DNA of 64,000 nt from Candidatus Thalassarchaeum betae (GTDB lineage Archaea > Thermoplasmatota > Poseidoniia > Poseidoniales > Thalassarchaeaceae). Of this stretch, positions 1-9,764 are shown piece after piece. Numbering within the stretch: position 1 is the first letter of the stretch; each line of letters starts with the position of its first letter. Both the position numbers and the translations under genes were made by a program. The notes beneath the pieces are model-generated. The model was given only the letters and a program-made list of their open reading frames with translations. It was not told the DNA's origin and made no database searches. The stretch covers positions 8,934 to 72,933 of the forward strand of contig JAKUUP010000001.1 of the NCBI GenBank assembly GCA_022447095.1, read 5' to 3'.

Positions 1-1
1 C

Positions 2-3000
2 GAAAATGAGTGGGAGGAACTGAAGCCCACCGTGGTCGCGCCCGGGTCCAACATCATGTCTGCCCAGCACGCTGCTTCCAGCAGCAGCATCCCAGGGGCA
101 CCCAAACCTCTGGCTGAGGATAGTTACACCCAGATGACAGGGACCAGCATGTCGGCTCCTGCTGTAGCGGGATTCGTCGCCGTCATGCTCCAGATAGACG
201 ATAGTGTCAATCCGCAAGAGGTCAAAGATCTGTTACAGAACAACTCGGAGACGCGCGGCTCAGCATCCCAACCCAGCATCACCGACAAGTGGAACGATCA
301 GTACGGGTTCGGCATCGTCGACGGCAATATGATTCTCGAGGCGATGCTCGGAGGGGGGGTCGATCCACCCGATCCGGGCAATGGAACGGAGCCGCCCCCA
401 GCTGGTTCGGGCGATTGGGTGGTCATCGAGAATCCCGAAGAGGAATCCTGGCTGATAGAGGGCGAGACCTACAGCGCCCGAGGCCATATCGACGAGGATG
501 CCGAGACCAATGGCACTATCGAGGAGGTCGCTGTAAGGATCTCATATGCCCACAGGCCGGAAGGCGAGCCGAAGAGAGAGGTCATCCTGCTCGACTGGCA
601 CACGGCTCAAGGTACGGCCAACTGGAGCGCCCCCTTCACCCTGCCAGAGTTCACCGAGGATGAGATCAACATCCTTGAGGTAAGCATCGAGGCTCAGGCT
701 AGGAATCAGTTTGACCAATGGAGCGATGTCGCGGAGCAGAAGCACGAGGTCGGCCTAGTCGAAGTCACTATGGGCGGTCCCAGTGGACAGGATCCAGTCA
801 CTGGCTCTATCAACGTCTACGGTACTTGGGAGTCGGTTAACGGCGGGACCGTGCAATGGCGACTCGGTACCGATTCATGGGGGACTGCCCAGACCTTCGG
901 CGGCAGCGGCAGTGGGAATGGCGACTGGTCAGTCACTTGGAATACCGAGGAAGTCGATGACGGCTTCTACCGGCTCTCGGTCAGGATAATCAGCGGTGAC
1001 GGAGTGCACTCTGAGGAAATCCGCAGAACCGTTGAGGTCGACAACGACCCGCCGGCACCAGACCTGATATTCAGAACCGGCCTGTCGGTCGAGGAATACG
1101 GCATCCCGCTCTCGGAGACCTACGTCAACACATTCCTCGAAGTTCGCTGCGAGATACGTAACGACGGGGACTTAGCGGCCTCTAACCTCGCAATCGCGCT
1201 CTACGAAGACGGGGCCCGTAAGGATGAGATGGTGTTGCCGAGCATAGACAGTGGCGACATCGTCGAGATAGTGCTGTACTGGAACCCGACGACAGTCGGT
1301 GACAAGATAATCATGGTCTCTCTAGATCCAGCTGACAATATCGAGGAGAACGACGAGACCGACAACGAACAGTCACTTACATTCCCGGTCATCCAGAGGC
1401 CTCAGGGCATCGACCTAGCCTTCCGCGAGGGCGCTGTTCGCACAGAGCCCACCATCCCACACCCGGATGAGCAGTTCCTAATCACAGCTAGAGTGGACAA
1501 TTTAGGCTCAAGCGATGCGACCGGTGTGGAGGCGATGCTCGAGATCATGACCGATAAGGGTTGGGAACTGGTCTCATCGACCGCAATAACACTAGTGGTA
1601 GGACAGGGTGCTTCGCAGATATCGTTCGCCCACAGGGTGAACGAGTCGGGGCCACTGGAAGTCAGGATTACGCTCTCTGGCTCGACCTTGGCAGACCTTG
1701 ACTGGACCAACAACCAGGTCGAGGCAACCATCCTAGTCGACGAATCGACTCTCTCCGGAGCGAGATCGATGAGTTTCGAATCTGGTGAGGTACCAATCGA
1801 AGTCGTCGACCTCGATGACGAAGGCCTCGTCATCACCGAGAAGAATGGCCAGTTAAGGCTTTACAGACTGAATTCAAATCTAGGAATTACAGCATGCACC
1901 AATATCTTGGACGACATGTGGTCGGGCGACATCGCAATCTGGAGCAACGAAGACGAGGTGGCCCATGTGGTCTGGACAAGGAGATTTCTAGATTCAAGTG
2001 GCTACTTCCAGCAGACGCTGAGCTACTCTACAATCGATGCGACCTGCCAGATAACTCCTATTCAGGACCTGCTGGAGCCGATTCTGCTGTCTGACGGCAA
2101 GTACTGGGGGGTCGACATCGACGTCGAAGACTCAGAGGTCTTAGTTGCAGGATACTATCGAGACCTTTTCACCGGAGGTACTTACGAGGATCTTACCAGC
2201 GTCTTCCTGCTCCACGCAGATGCTCCGACCAAATCCTCTGACTGGGAGTTGACACCTCATGTGGTGAGTGAGATTGACCTCATCCCGGGCACGGCAGACC
2301 CGGTGGACGTGGAGATCGGAGATGACGATGGTGCTCACCTCCTCTACCAGTCGATTAGAAGCGACTCAACCGGAATCGAGAGACTGGGGCTGTGGTATGC
2401 ACACGGCCTCGTTGAGCAGGCATCCTGGACCTTCAAGAAGGCCATCGGTGACGAGGCTTCGCTCGGTTGCATGAAGGTTCTAATTGTCGACGATGAGGAG
2501 CGAATCGTAGCAGCCTGGAGAGAGGGAGAAGAACACGAGGCTGAATTGGTGGCGATTGTGTCAGACTCGTCATTCGAAGCCGTCGATAACCTCAGTCAGA
2601 GATACCCTGCACGGGGCGTTAGTACAATCGATATGATTGAGGTGGAGAGGGGCGTTCAACTCTTCTTCGACATGGTCGGACCTACCGGCCCGCAGGTCCA
2701 GTACGGGATAATAGATGCTGAAGACGGTTGGCTGGGTATCTCCAACCGGCTGAATTTGGGTTTCCTCTACCTCGTCGACCGTTCCCCTACCAGTAGCGAG
2801 ACCATCATCATCCACACCTCAGCCAGCGGATGGCAGATCAGGGCCCTGATAGATGATAACGATCCTAACAATCGAGACGGTTCGCTATTGGAGCAGGTAA
2901 GACACGCGCTGGGGCTTGATGAACAGAACTTCAATATCCTGCTCGGAGGCTTCGCCATCACCATCCTCCTTCTGTGCACCATCGTCCTGACTACCCTCTC

Positions 3001-3415
3001 CGCCAGAGCAATCAGATGGATGAGGGGTCGCAGGATGACCGAGGCGTCCGGATCCGTGCTTCTGGAGGATGATGTGGTAGATGTCATCGACGAGGATGAC
3101 ATATCGGTCACCGCCAGTGAGCCTGACGACGCGCAGATAGTTGAGTTGGTTGACATCAACGAGGGAGCTGGTGAACGCAGGGAGCGCAGGGAGTTTAGGA
3201 GTAGTGTGACAACCACTCCCGAGGTCCTGCCGCCACTTCCAGAGCCCGAAACTTCCTCCACTCATGAGGCGTTGCCGGAGGGGGCGCCCGCTCCGCCTGA
3301 AATGCCGCCTCTGAATCGTCAGGTGATGTGCCCCAGTTGCTCCAGCAGATTCGAGACGTCGGCCGATGTGAAGACCACGAAGTGCCCGGTGTGCGACGAG
3401 CTCATCGCCCTCTGA
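2..3415 (+). CDS. Subtilisin-like (peptidase S8) serine protease; giant membrane-anchored surface protein, 5' end cut by the window edge
   Basis: The frame is open from nt 2 (…ENEWEELKPTVVAPGSNI…). GTSMSAPAVAG is the S8 catalytic-Ser motif. Two CARDB-like repeats are present (…RNDGDLAASNLAIALYEDG…NDETDNE; …DNLGSSDATGVEAMLEI…DWTNNQ). There is a single TM helix (ILLGGFAITILLLCTIVLTTLSA). The 136-aa cytoplasmic tail ends in CPSC-x16-CPVC. Confidence 0.8.
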   Translation, partial: ENEWEELKPTVVAPGSNIMSAQHAASSSSIPGAPKPLAEDSYTQMTGTSMSAPAVAGFVAVMLQIDDSVNPQEVKDLLQNNSETRGSASQPSITDKWNDQYGFGIVDGNMILEAMLGGGVDPPDPGNGTEPPPAGSGDWVVIENPEEESWLIEGETYSARGHIDEDAETNGTIEEVAVRISYAHRPEGEPKREVILLDWHTAQGTANWSAPFTLPEFTEDEINILEVSIEAQARNQFDQWSDVAEQKHEVGLVEVTMGGPSGQDPVTGSINVYGTWESVNGGTVQWRLGTDSWGTAQTFGGSGSGNGDWSVTWNTEEVDDGFYRLSVRIISGDGVHSEEIRRTVEVDNDPPAPDLIFRTGLSVEEYGIPLSETYVNTFLEVRCEIRNDGDLAASNLAIALYEDGARKDEMVLPSIDSGDIVEIVLYWNPTTVGDKIIMVSLDPADNIEENDETDNEQSLTFPVIQRPQGIDLAFREGAVRTEPTIPHPDEQFLITARVDNLGSSDATGVEAMLEIMTDKGWELVSSTAITLVVGQGASQISFAHRVNESGPLEVRITLSGSTLADLDWTNNQVEATILVDESTLSGARSMSFESGEVPIEVVDLDDEGLVITEKNGQLRLYRLNSNLGITACTNILDDMWSGDIAIWSNEDEVAHVVWTRRFLDSSGYFQQTLSYSTIDATCQITPIQDLLEPILLSDGKYWGVDIDVEDSEVLVAGYYRDLFTGGTYEDLTSVFLLHADAPTKSSDWELTPHVVSEIDLIPGTADPVDVEIGDDDGAHLLYQSIRSDSTGIERLGLWYAHGLVEQASWTFKKAIGDEASLGCMKVLIVDDEERIVAAWREGEEHEAELVAIVSDSSFEAVDNLSQRYPARGVSTIDMIEVERGVQLFFDMVGPTGPQVQYGIIDAEDGWLGISNRLNLGFLYLVDRSPTSSETIIIHTSASGWQIRALIDDNDPNNRDGSLLEQVRHALGLDEQNFNILLGGFAITILLLCTIVLTTLSARAIRWMRGRRMTEASGSVLLEDDVVDVIDEDDISVTASEPDDAQIVELVDINEGAGERRERREFRSSVTTTPEVLPPLPEPETSSTHEALPEGAPAPPEMPPLNRQVMCPSCSSRFETSADVKTTKCPVCDELIAL

Positions 3416-3424
3416 GGTGCTTGG

Positions 3425-4066
3425 ATGGCACTGCTTCTTCTCGCCTCGGCCTCCCAACGACGGCACTCGTGGCTGAATGACTGGGTGGACGGAACCGGTA
3501 CGGACATAGAAGTCCGGCCACTGATATCTGCAGAGTCCAGACCGGGAGTTGGCTTGGAGGTCGGCTTACAGGCCGAAACCATATGCCTAGCCAAGGCAGA
3601 GGCGGCCGCTAGGGAGATTTTTCTCTCTGGTAACTCGGATTTCAAACTCGTAGTGGTTGCAGACACCCTCGTAGAGGATCCCGAGGACCCGCTAGTTGCA
3701 ATGGGTAAGCCGGATGATGCGATAGCCGCCGCGGCGATGCTCTTGAGGCTCTCAGGGCGCAGACATCGTGTATGGTCCTCTACGGCACTCCTGTACCCGC
3801 CGGATGAGGAGCAAGAAGGGACTGAGGTACTCCATGGAGGATGGAGCGCAAACATCTGGACAGATTCAGCGGTGGTCGAGTTTGAGGATCTGAGTGAGGA
3901 CCGGTTGGTCGAATTGGTTCGCAACGAGTCGTGGCACGGCAAAGCAGGGGCTTACGACCTAGGGGGCCATGCTGGCAGGAACGCCGTGCTCATAGATGGT
4001 TTTGAGGTCACTGTTCTAGGCTTCGCTCACACAGCGATGGATGCGCTGCTAGAGTCCCTTGATTAG
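3425..4066 (+). CDS. maf: Maf-like nucleoside-triphosphate pyrophosphatase
   Basis: N-terminal LLLASASQRR (Maf LxLAS-S-RR motif) and C-terminal GKAGAYDLGG…VLGF. Confidence 0.7.
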   Translation: MALLLLASASQRRHSWLNDWVDGTGTDIEVRPLISAESRPGVGLEVGLQAETICLAKAEAAAREIFLSGNSDFKLVVVADTLVEDPEDPLVAMGKPDDAIAAAAMLLRLSGRRHRVWSSTALLYPPDEEQEGTEVLHGGWSANIWTDSAVVEFEDLSEDRLVELVRNESWHGKAGAYDLGGHAGRNAVLIDGFEVTVLGFAHTAMDALLESLD

Positions 4067-4560
4067 ACGAATATGACGCCACCGTGCTTGAGCACGAAAT
4101 CGCGCTGGAGCTCGTCGAACCATTCCAACATTGCCACGCTGAAGCGCACCGCGATGATCTCGGAGTCCATCAGAAGATCGTCTTGGATACCCTTGAGTGT
4201 GCCCGGAGCGGCTCCGCAGGACACACAAGCCCCATCCAAGTCGAGAACCAGCGACAGTGCCGAGATTCCGCTGTGCATCTCCTCGATTTTCGCCTCGGTG
4301 ACCACCAAACCTCCGCCGTGACCGTCCAGAGCGGCCCTTACGGGACCCAGTCTTGCCATCAGTGCTGGTATCAAGTCAGAGTCTTCGCCCTTGACCAGTT
4401 CAACGAGGGAGAGAGTCTCGAGACGAGCGATCTCAACCGGGTCGTGGGCCTCTGTCACCCTCCTCTCAGACTCCTTCTGAATCGCTGCCTCGATCTGAGC
4501 CCGATACGCCTCCTCGAGACTGTCAGATAGAGGATGATGGTCGTCTTCACCAGACTTCAT
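4063..4560 (-). CDS. NifU C-terminal (Nfu)-domain Fe-S scaffold-like protein
   Basis: …DGHGGGLVVTEAKIEE…LDLDGACVSCGAAPGTLKGIQDDL… matches the Nfu CxxC pattern. The gene is divergent from sufCBD. Confidence 0.55.
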   Translation of the reverse strand: MKSGEDDHHPLSDSLEEAYRAQIEAAIQKESERRVTEAHDPVEIARLETLSLVELVKGEDSDLIPALMARLGPVRAALDGHGGGLVVTEAKIEEMHSGISALSLVLDLDGACVSCGAAPGTLKGIQDDLLMDSEIIAVRFSVAMLEWFDELQRDFVLKHGGVIFV

Positions 4561-4583
4561 CGTCCCACCGAGTGTGTAATCTG

Positions 4584-4603
4584 TTTTTAGGGTGACCTAA
4601 ACA
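4584..4603. promoter_or_regulatory. Pair of back-to-back TATA-like boxes, TTTTTAGG (+, 4584-4591) and TGTTTAGG (-, 4596-4603), between the nifU-like gene and sufC
   Basis: Same TTTAGG core on both strands of a 95-bp divergent spacer. Confidence 0.3.
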
Positions 4604-4655
4604 TTAGAGAGACATTGAAAAGGGGCCTAGTCGGCGTACCAGCAAGGGGAACAGC

Positions 4656-5432
4656 ATGGGCCGAGGCACGCCGCTACTAGAGATTCGAAATCTGCATGCT
4701 GGAATCGATGATATATCAATCCTCAAAGGCATTGACCTCGTCATAAAACCGGGAGAAATCCACGCCATTATGGGGCGTAACGGCAGTGGCAAGACTACAG
4801 CTGCAAACATCATCATGGGACACCCTGACTTCGAGGTCGAACAGGGGGATGTGCTCCTTTCTGGAGAGGATCTTTTGGAGCTCGAGACGTGGGAGAGAGC
4901 GCGGGCGGGTGTATTCCTCTCCTTCCAGTATCCACAAGCGGTCCCGGGCCTGCAAGTTGGTAACTTCCTCAGGAAGTCGGTCGCAAGCATCAGAGGGGAG
5001 GAAGCTGCCAAGGGCGCGGAATTCGGGAGTTCTCTGAAGGGTGCCATGGAGACCCTTGACATTCCTCGCAGTTTCCTATCGAGGTACGTCAATGACGGGT
5101 TCAGTGGAGGAGAGAAGAAGCGTTTCGAGATCCTCCAACTGCTGCTCCTGCGACCTAAGTTCGCTATACTCGACGAAACCGACAGCGGCCTCGACATAGA
5201 TGGTATCAAAACTGTCGCTGCCGGCGTCAACTCGGCAGTCAGAGGTACTGACTCAGGGGCTTTGATAATCACTCACTATTCGAGAATCCTTGAATACGTC
5301 CAGCCGGACAAGGTCCACGTTCTGATGGATGGACGGATAGTTGCCACAGGTGGCCCTGAACTCGCCACGCAACTAGAGGAGCGGGGTTACGAGTGGCTGG
5401 ACACAAAGGCCGAAGCGGAGGGACTAGCATAA
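4656..5432 (+). CDS. sufC: Fe-S cluster assembly ATPase SufC
   Basis: [10 protein letters not shown]…[27 protein letters not shown] (Walker A), FSGGEKKR signature, [10 protein letters not shown] Walker B. Confidence 0.9.
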   Translation: MGRGTPLLEIRNLHAGIDDISILKGIDLVIKPGEIHAIMGRNGSGKTTAANIIMGHPDFEVEQGDVLLSGEDLLELETWERARAGVFLSFQYPQAVPGLQVGNFLRKSVASIRGEEAAKGAEFGSSLKGAMETLDIPRSFLSRYVNDGFSGGEKKRFEILQLLLLRPKFAILDETDSGLDIDGIKTVAAGVNSAVRGTDSGALIITHYSRILEYVQPDKVHVLMDGRIVATGGPELATQLEERGYEWLDTKAEAEGLA

Positions 5433-6844
5433 TGCCAGTCAACCAGGTAGCACGGGAGGCCGTCGGAGACTACAAGGCCGGATGGCACGATCCGGAGAAC
5501 TCAACCATCCGCTTCGACTTCGGGCTCTCTGAGCAGGTCGTCAGAGATATCTCGGCCATTAAGGGAGAGCCGCAGTGGATGACCGATATCCGTGTCAATG
5601 CCTTCCACCACTTCATAGAGCGCCCGATGCCCACATGGGGTTCCACTGAGTTGCTCAACTCGATCGAGTTCGACGAGATCTGCTACTTCCTACGCTCTGG
5701 CGAAGGCACGGAGGATGACTGGGATGATGTTCCCGCGGACATCCGGAACACCTTCGACAGGTTGGGCATACCCGAGGCCGAGCAGAAGTGGCTCTCAGGA
5801 GTGACAGCACAGTACGAGTCGGAGGCTGTCTACCACAGTATCCGCGAGGACCTCGAGAAGCAGGGCGTCATCTTCCTCGATATGGATAGTGGCCTCCGCG
5901 AGCATGAAGACATCGTAAAGAAATATTTCTGCAGCATCATCCCCTACCAAGACAACAAGTTCAGCGCACTCAACACCGCCGTATGGTCGGGAGGCTCGTT
6001 CATCTACGTTCCCAAGGGAGTTCACGTCGAGATGCCGGTGCAGGCCTACTTCCGTATCAACGCCAAGAATATGGGTCAGTTCGAACGCACGCTGATAATC
6101 GCCGACGAAGGCTCGTCGATCCACTACGTCGAGGGCTGCACTGCCCCGACCTACTCGACCGATTCGCTACACAGCGCCGTCGTTGAGCTTGTTGCGCTAC
6201 CCGGCTCATATATCCGCTACACCACAATCCAGAACTGGTCGAACAATGTCTACAATCTGGTCACCAAGCGTGGCATCGCACACGAGAACTCAACTATCGA
6301 ATGGGTCGACGGCAATATCGGATCGAAGTTGACGATGAAGTACCCAGCAGTGATTCTCAAGGGAGAGGGTTCGCACGCAGAAGTCATCTCCGTAGCCTAC
6401 GCAGGCGAAGGAATGCATCAGGACGCCGGGGCGAAAGTGCATCACCTAGCGTCGAACACCACCAGCAAGATTCTCTCCAAGAGCATCAGCAAGAATGGTG
6501 GCCGCGGGAGTTACCGGGGCATGGTGTCGGTTAGCAAGAAGGCAGAAAACTGCAAGGTGAACGTCGTCTGTGACGCACTTATTCTCGACGAGCAAAGCCA
6601 ATCAGACACCTATCCCACGATGGAGATCAAAAACCCCTCTTGCCGTTGCGAACACGAAGCATCGGTTAGCAAGGTGAGCGACGACCAGTTGTTCTACCTG
6701 ATGAGTCGAGGTCACTCAGAAGACAAGGCGCTTGCACTGATCGTCAATGGGTTCTTCGAGCCGTTCGTCCGCGAACTACCGATGGAATACGCAGTCGAGC
6801 TCAACCAACTGATGGCCCTCGAGATGGAAGGCAGCATAGGCTGA
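5432..6844 (+). CDS. sufB: Fe-S cluster assembly protein SufB
   Basis: The ATG at 5432 overlaps the sufC stop (TAATG). SufB-type blocks are present: [55 protein letters not shown]. The ORF-track start at 5393 is probably too early. Confidence 0.9.
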   Translation: MPVNQVAREAVGDYKAGWHDPENSTIRFDFGLSEQVVRDISAIKGEPQWMTDIRVNAFHHFIERPMPTWGSTELLNSIEFDEICYFLRSGEGTEDDWDDVPADIRNTFDRLGIPEAEQKWLSGVTAQYESEAVYHSIREDLEKQGVIFLDMDSGLREHEDIVKKYFCSIIPYQDNKFSALNTAVWSGGSFIYVPKGVHVEMPVQAYFRINAKNMGQFERTLIIADEGSSIHYVEGCTAPTYSTDSLHSAVVELVALPGSYIRYTTIQNWSNNVYNLVTKRGIAHENSTIEWVDGNIGSKLTMKYPAVILKGEGSHAEVISVAYAGEGMHQDAGAKVHHLASNTTSKILSKSISKNGGRGSYRGMVSVSKKAENCKVNVVCDALILDEQSQSDTYPTMEIKNPSCRCEHEASVSKVSDDQLFYLMSRGHSEDKALALIVNGFFEPFVRELPMEYAVELNQLMALEMEGSIG

Positions 6845-6858
6845 TTTGGGGTGAGCCA

Positions 6859-7962
6859 TTGGACGCCGCCGCAGAGTACCTGTCCCTCGACGAGCCTGAT
6901 AGGTCCAACCATCTCTGGAAATATACACCATGGCGCAGGGTTCACCCCACCGGTGACATAACCAGCATCCCTGATGTTGGAACACCACAACTCAAACTCG
7001 TCGGCCTCGATGGAAGCGATGCTCCAGAGGGGATATGCTTGGAGGAGGGAGTGGTGTCTGTATCGGGACTTCCGGAGGGCGATGTAGTCACTGGTTCGTT
7101 CCTGCAGGCAGCCTCAGTAAGTTCACAGTGGATCCTTCGCATCGAGCCAGGCTTCTCCTCGCAACACCCTGTGGTTCTGGACATCGATTTGAAGGGTCCG
7201 TCAAAGATATTGCATCTCTCACTCGATGTGGGGCGATTGTCTGAGTTGGAACTAATTACGCGGGTGAGAGGTTCTGGCGAGTGGTTCGGTCTTCTGCGTA
7301 CCGGGGAAATCGGAGCCGGAGCCGTCCTCAATGACGTGGTCGTCTGCCTGCAGGACGAGGGTACTTTGCTCCGTGTCGATTCGATTGCAATCGGCAGGGA
7401 CGCGCAGGTGCGCGTAGGGACTGTCTCTTCTGGCTCCGAGCGGACCAAGGCGGACCTGCGTTACAGGATGGGGGAGCCGGGAGGCAACCTCAGGGTTCTC
7501 GGCTCGGTTCTCTCTGCAGACTCGATGCACATAGACCACCACGTGGAGATACACCACGATGCCCCCGAAACTTTCAGCCGGCTCACATGGAACTCAGCAT
7601 GCGGGGGTGATAGCAGAACCGTCGGGACGGGGATGCTCAGGGTCGCCGATGGCTCACGTGGAGCGGATGCCGCTCAGATCTTCCACAACCTACTCCTTTC
7701 CGTGGACGCCGAGGCAGACTCTATCCCAGAATTGGAGGTGCTCGAGCACGAGGTTGTTGGATGCGGTCATGGGACCGCCAACGGACCCATCGATGAAAAC
7801 CAGTTGTTCTACCTCGAGTGTAGAGGCTTCGACCCATCTGATGCCAGAGGCGCGCTAATCGCCGCATTCCTCAACTCAACACTTTCCGAGATGGGGAGTG
7901 ATGTTCTGCACGACTGGCTCGTCAGGCTGCTCACCGTGGAACTGGAATCTCATGATCCATGA
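6859..7962 (+). CDS. sufD: Fe-S cluster assembly protein SufD (SufBD family)
   Basis: Follows sufB. SufBD C-terminal core is present (…HHVEIHHDAPETFSR…, DENQLFYLECRGF…ALIAAFL). Apparent TTG start. Confidence 0.75.
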   Translation: MDAAAEYLSLDEPDRSNHLWKYTPWRRVHPTGDITSIPDVGTPQLKLVGLDGSDAPEGICLEEGVVSVSGLPEGDVVTGSFLQAASVSSQWILRIEPGFSSQHPVVLDIDLKGPSKILHLSLDVGRLSELELITRVRGSGEWFGLLRTGEIGAGAVLNDVVVCLQDEGTLLRVDSIAIGRDAQVRVGTVSSGSERTKADLRYRMGEPGGNLRVLGSVLSADSMHIDHHVEIHHDAPETFSRLTWNSACGGDSRTVGTGMLRVADGSRGADAAQIFHNLLLSVDAEADSIPELEVLEHEVVGCGHGTANGPIDENQLFYLECRGFDPSDARGALIAAFLNSTLSEMGSDVLHDWLVRLLTVELESHDP

Positions 7963-8139
7963 CAGCAGCAAGCGATTAGAGCCTTGATGCTGGCCGACGC
8001 CCGTGGATGTCGACCACTGCGAGGATGTAGACTGCGAATGCGGGTTCAGAGGCCAAGCCATCCTAGTGCGTCAGCACATGGAGTGTCCTCGTTGCCGCAG
8101 AGTCGTGGAAGCGTGCTGCGAGGGGGTCCCGGACTACTC

Positions 8140-8922
8140 CTAAGCTGAGCGGTCCCTGTAACTGGACAGGAGTGCAGTCATCAGAAGTCCTGAAGCCCCG
8201 CCGAACATCATGCCCTGCTCCTCCATCCCCGATCCGGCGAGATCCCGAAATGCGAGCGCCATGGCCCCCGTCATCGGTACCACGAAGACAATGAAACGGC
8301 CGAACCACTCCTTTGGGGTGGGGGCCCTGCCCATCGGCCTTAGGGTCACAGAACTCGATTTCTGAATGACCTGCCACTCTGCCTTCTGGGCATCCACCTT
8401 GAGTCTCTGCAGAACAGCGGGTCTGATACCGGGATCGGCCGAGCCTGCATGCAGAACCTCGCCTCGGCCAGTAACCAGCTTCAGCCTGCTCAAGTCCGCC
8501 CTTCGTTCGAGCAGCCTGTCCGTCAGAGCGGCCGCAGAAGGGGCGTCAAGTCCATGCAGGTCCACCACCAATACGCCCCTGTCCCTTCTTACCTTCTCCT
8601 CAACTGACCAAGACTGCTTAGCCCAAATGGACTCTCTTTCCCCTATCGGCGCAAGTATTGCTCTGACCCTCATGACTTCCTGTTCCTTGACGGCCGTGAC
8701 ATCCCTACCCGAGCGAGTCACCTCACGCATCCTGTAGTAGGCAAATGTGGCGATAATGACAGCGCCAGCAAGGCCAGCCACAATGCCCGAGCGAAGAGAC
8801 CCAATCACATCCGGACTGTCCAAGCCGCTGACGAAGATGCCGATGAAGGTGGTCATGACCGCGACCATCGAGCCAACTACTCCTCCGAGCCATGCAGCAT
8901 CGCGTAATCCGAGGTCGGCCAT
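8140..8922 (-). CDS. Membrane protein with central Smr-like domain
   Basis: TM segments at both ends. The central VVDLHGLDAPSAAALTDRLLER…LKLVTGRGEVLH…IRPAVLQRL follows the Smr pattern (DLHG…A…, xTGxG). Confidence 0.45.
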   Translation of the reverse strand: MADLGLRDAAWLGGVVGSMVAVMTTFIGIFVSGLDSPDVIGSLRSGIVAGLAGAVIIATFAYYRMREVTRSGRDVTAVKEQEVMRVRAILAPIGERESIWAKQSWSVEEKVRRDRGVLVVDLHGLDAPSAAALTDRLLERRADLSRLKLVTGRGEVLHAGSADPGIRPAVLQRLKVDAQKAEWQVIQKSSSVTLRPMGRAPTPKEWFGRFIVFVVPMTGAMALAFRDLAGSGMEEQGMMFGGASGLLMTALLSSYRDRSA

Positions 8923-8993
8923 GGTGGCCGGAGCATGGGGTTGCTCAAGAGACCGAAGGGTGGAATCTGAGGTGATGAGCCAGCATTCATCAA

Positions 8994-9764
8994 GTGTGGA
9001 CCGTTAGAGAGGACGTGGGAACACTGGCCAATGGACTTGAAGACCGATCCAGAGAAATCAAAATCGGCAGAATCCTAGCAACCGTCGCTGGAGGGTACTT
9101 GCTTCTGTCATTCATAGCTCCCCTGGCGATGCCTGAGGGAACAGTTCCGGAGCTCTCCGGGCGCGCCAACGCATTAGACTACGCCACCGAGAGCGGGTGG
9201 GGGAATCAGAATCATGACGAGGATGCGGATTTGGGGCATGACCAATCGGCTCACGGCGGTACATTCGCTTGGACCGAACTAAACCCCCTATGGGCGTTCG
9301 CGTACGCTTTCGGCGACTTCAACTGCCACCAGAAGCACGAGCGCTCATGGGAGATCAACGGCAATCAGATGCCGATGTGCACCCGTGACGTTGGAATCTT
9401 TTTCGGGTTCGTGATCGGTGCCGCCCTGTTCGGGCGGCGTGGGCTGAACCGGTGGACGGTTCGCGACACCTTCCTCTCGATAATTCCGGACCAGAGGCTG
9501 GAGCCCATTTACCTTACAGACAAGAGAATGCTGGCGATGCTGGCCGTCATCGGCATCGGACTCGCACCGATGGCTGTCGACGGCTTCACGCAGATGCTCA
9601 CTGACTACGAATCCAACAACCCTCTCAGGGTGGTCACCGGATTCGCGGCCGGTATTGTCGTTGGGTGGTGGTTCTCAGCCGCGCTGTGTGCCAGAACGGT
9701 GTACTTCGAGGATGATCCCGAACTGGTGGCCCTACCTGCGAATGCTAGGCTGATGACCAAGTGA
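8994..9764 (+). CDS. DUF2085-family membrane protein
   Basis: NCHQKHERSWEINGNQMPMCTRDVGIFFGF matches the DUF2085 CHQ…RS…C-R-GI signature. Several TM helices. Start codon uncertain. Confidence 0.5.
   Translation: MWTVREDVGTLANGLEDRSREIKIGRILATVAGGYLLLSFIAPLAMPEGTVPELSGRANALDYATESGWGNQNHDEDADLGHDQSAHGGTFAWTELNPLWAFAYAFGDFNCHQKHERSWEINGNQMPMCTRDVGIFFGFVIGAALFGRRGLNRWTVRDTFLSIIPDQRLEPIYLTDKRMLAMLAVIGIGLAPMAVDGFTQMLTDYESNNPLRVVTGFAAGIVVGWWFSAALCARTVYFEDDPELVALPANARLMTK

Noticed and set aside
8063-8377. 104-aa ORF in the sufD / Smr-gene convergent region, and 8366-8737 (+).
   Set aside because: They overlap the 3' part of the Smr-like gene in other frames and have Arg/Gly/His-rich or Ser-rich composition. 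There is no start context or motif.
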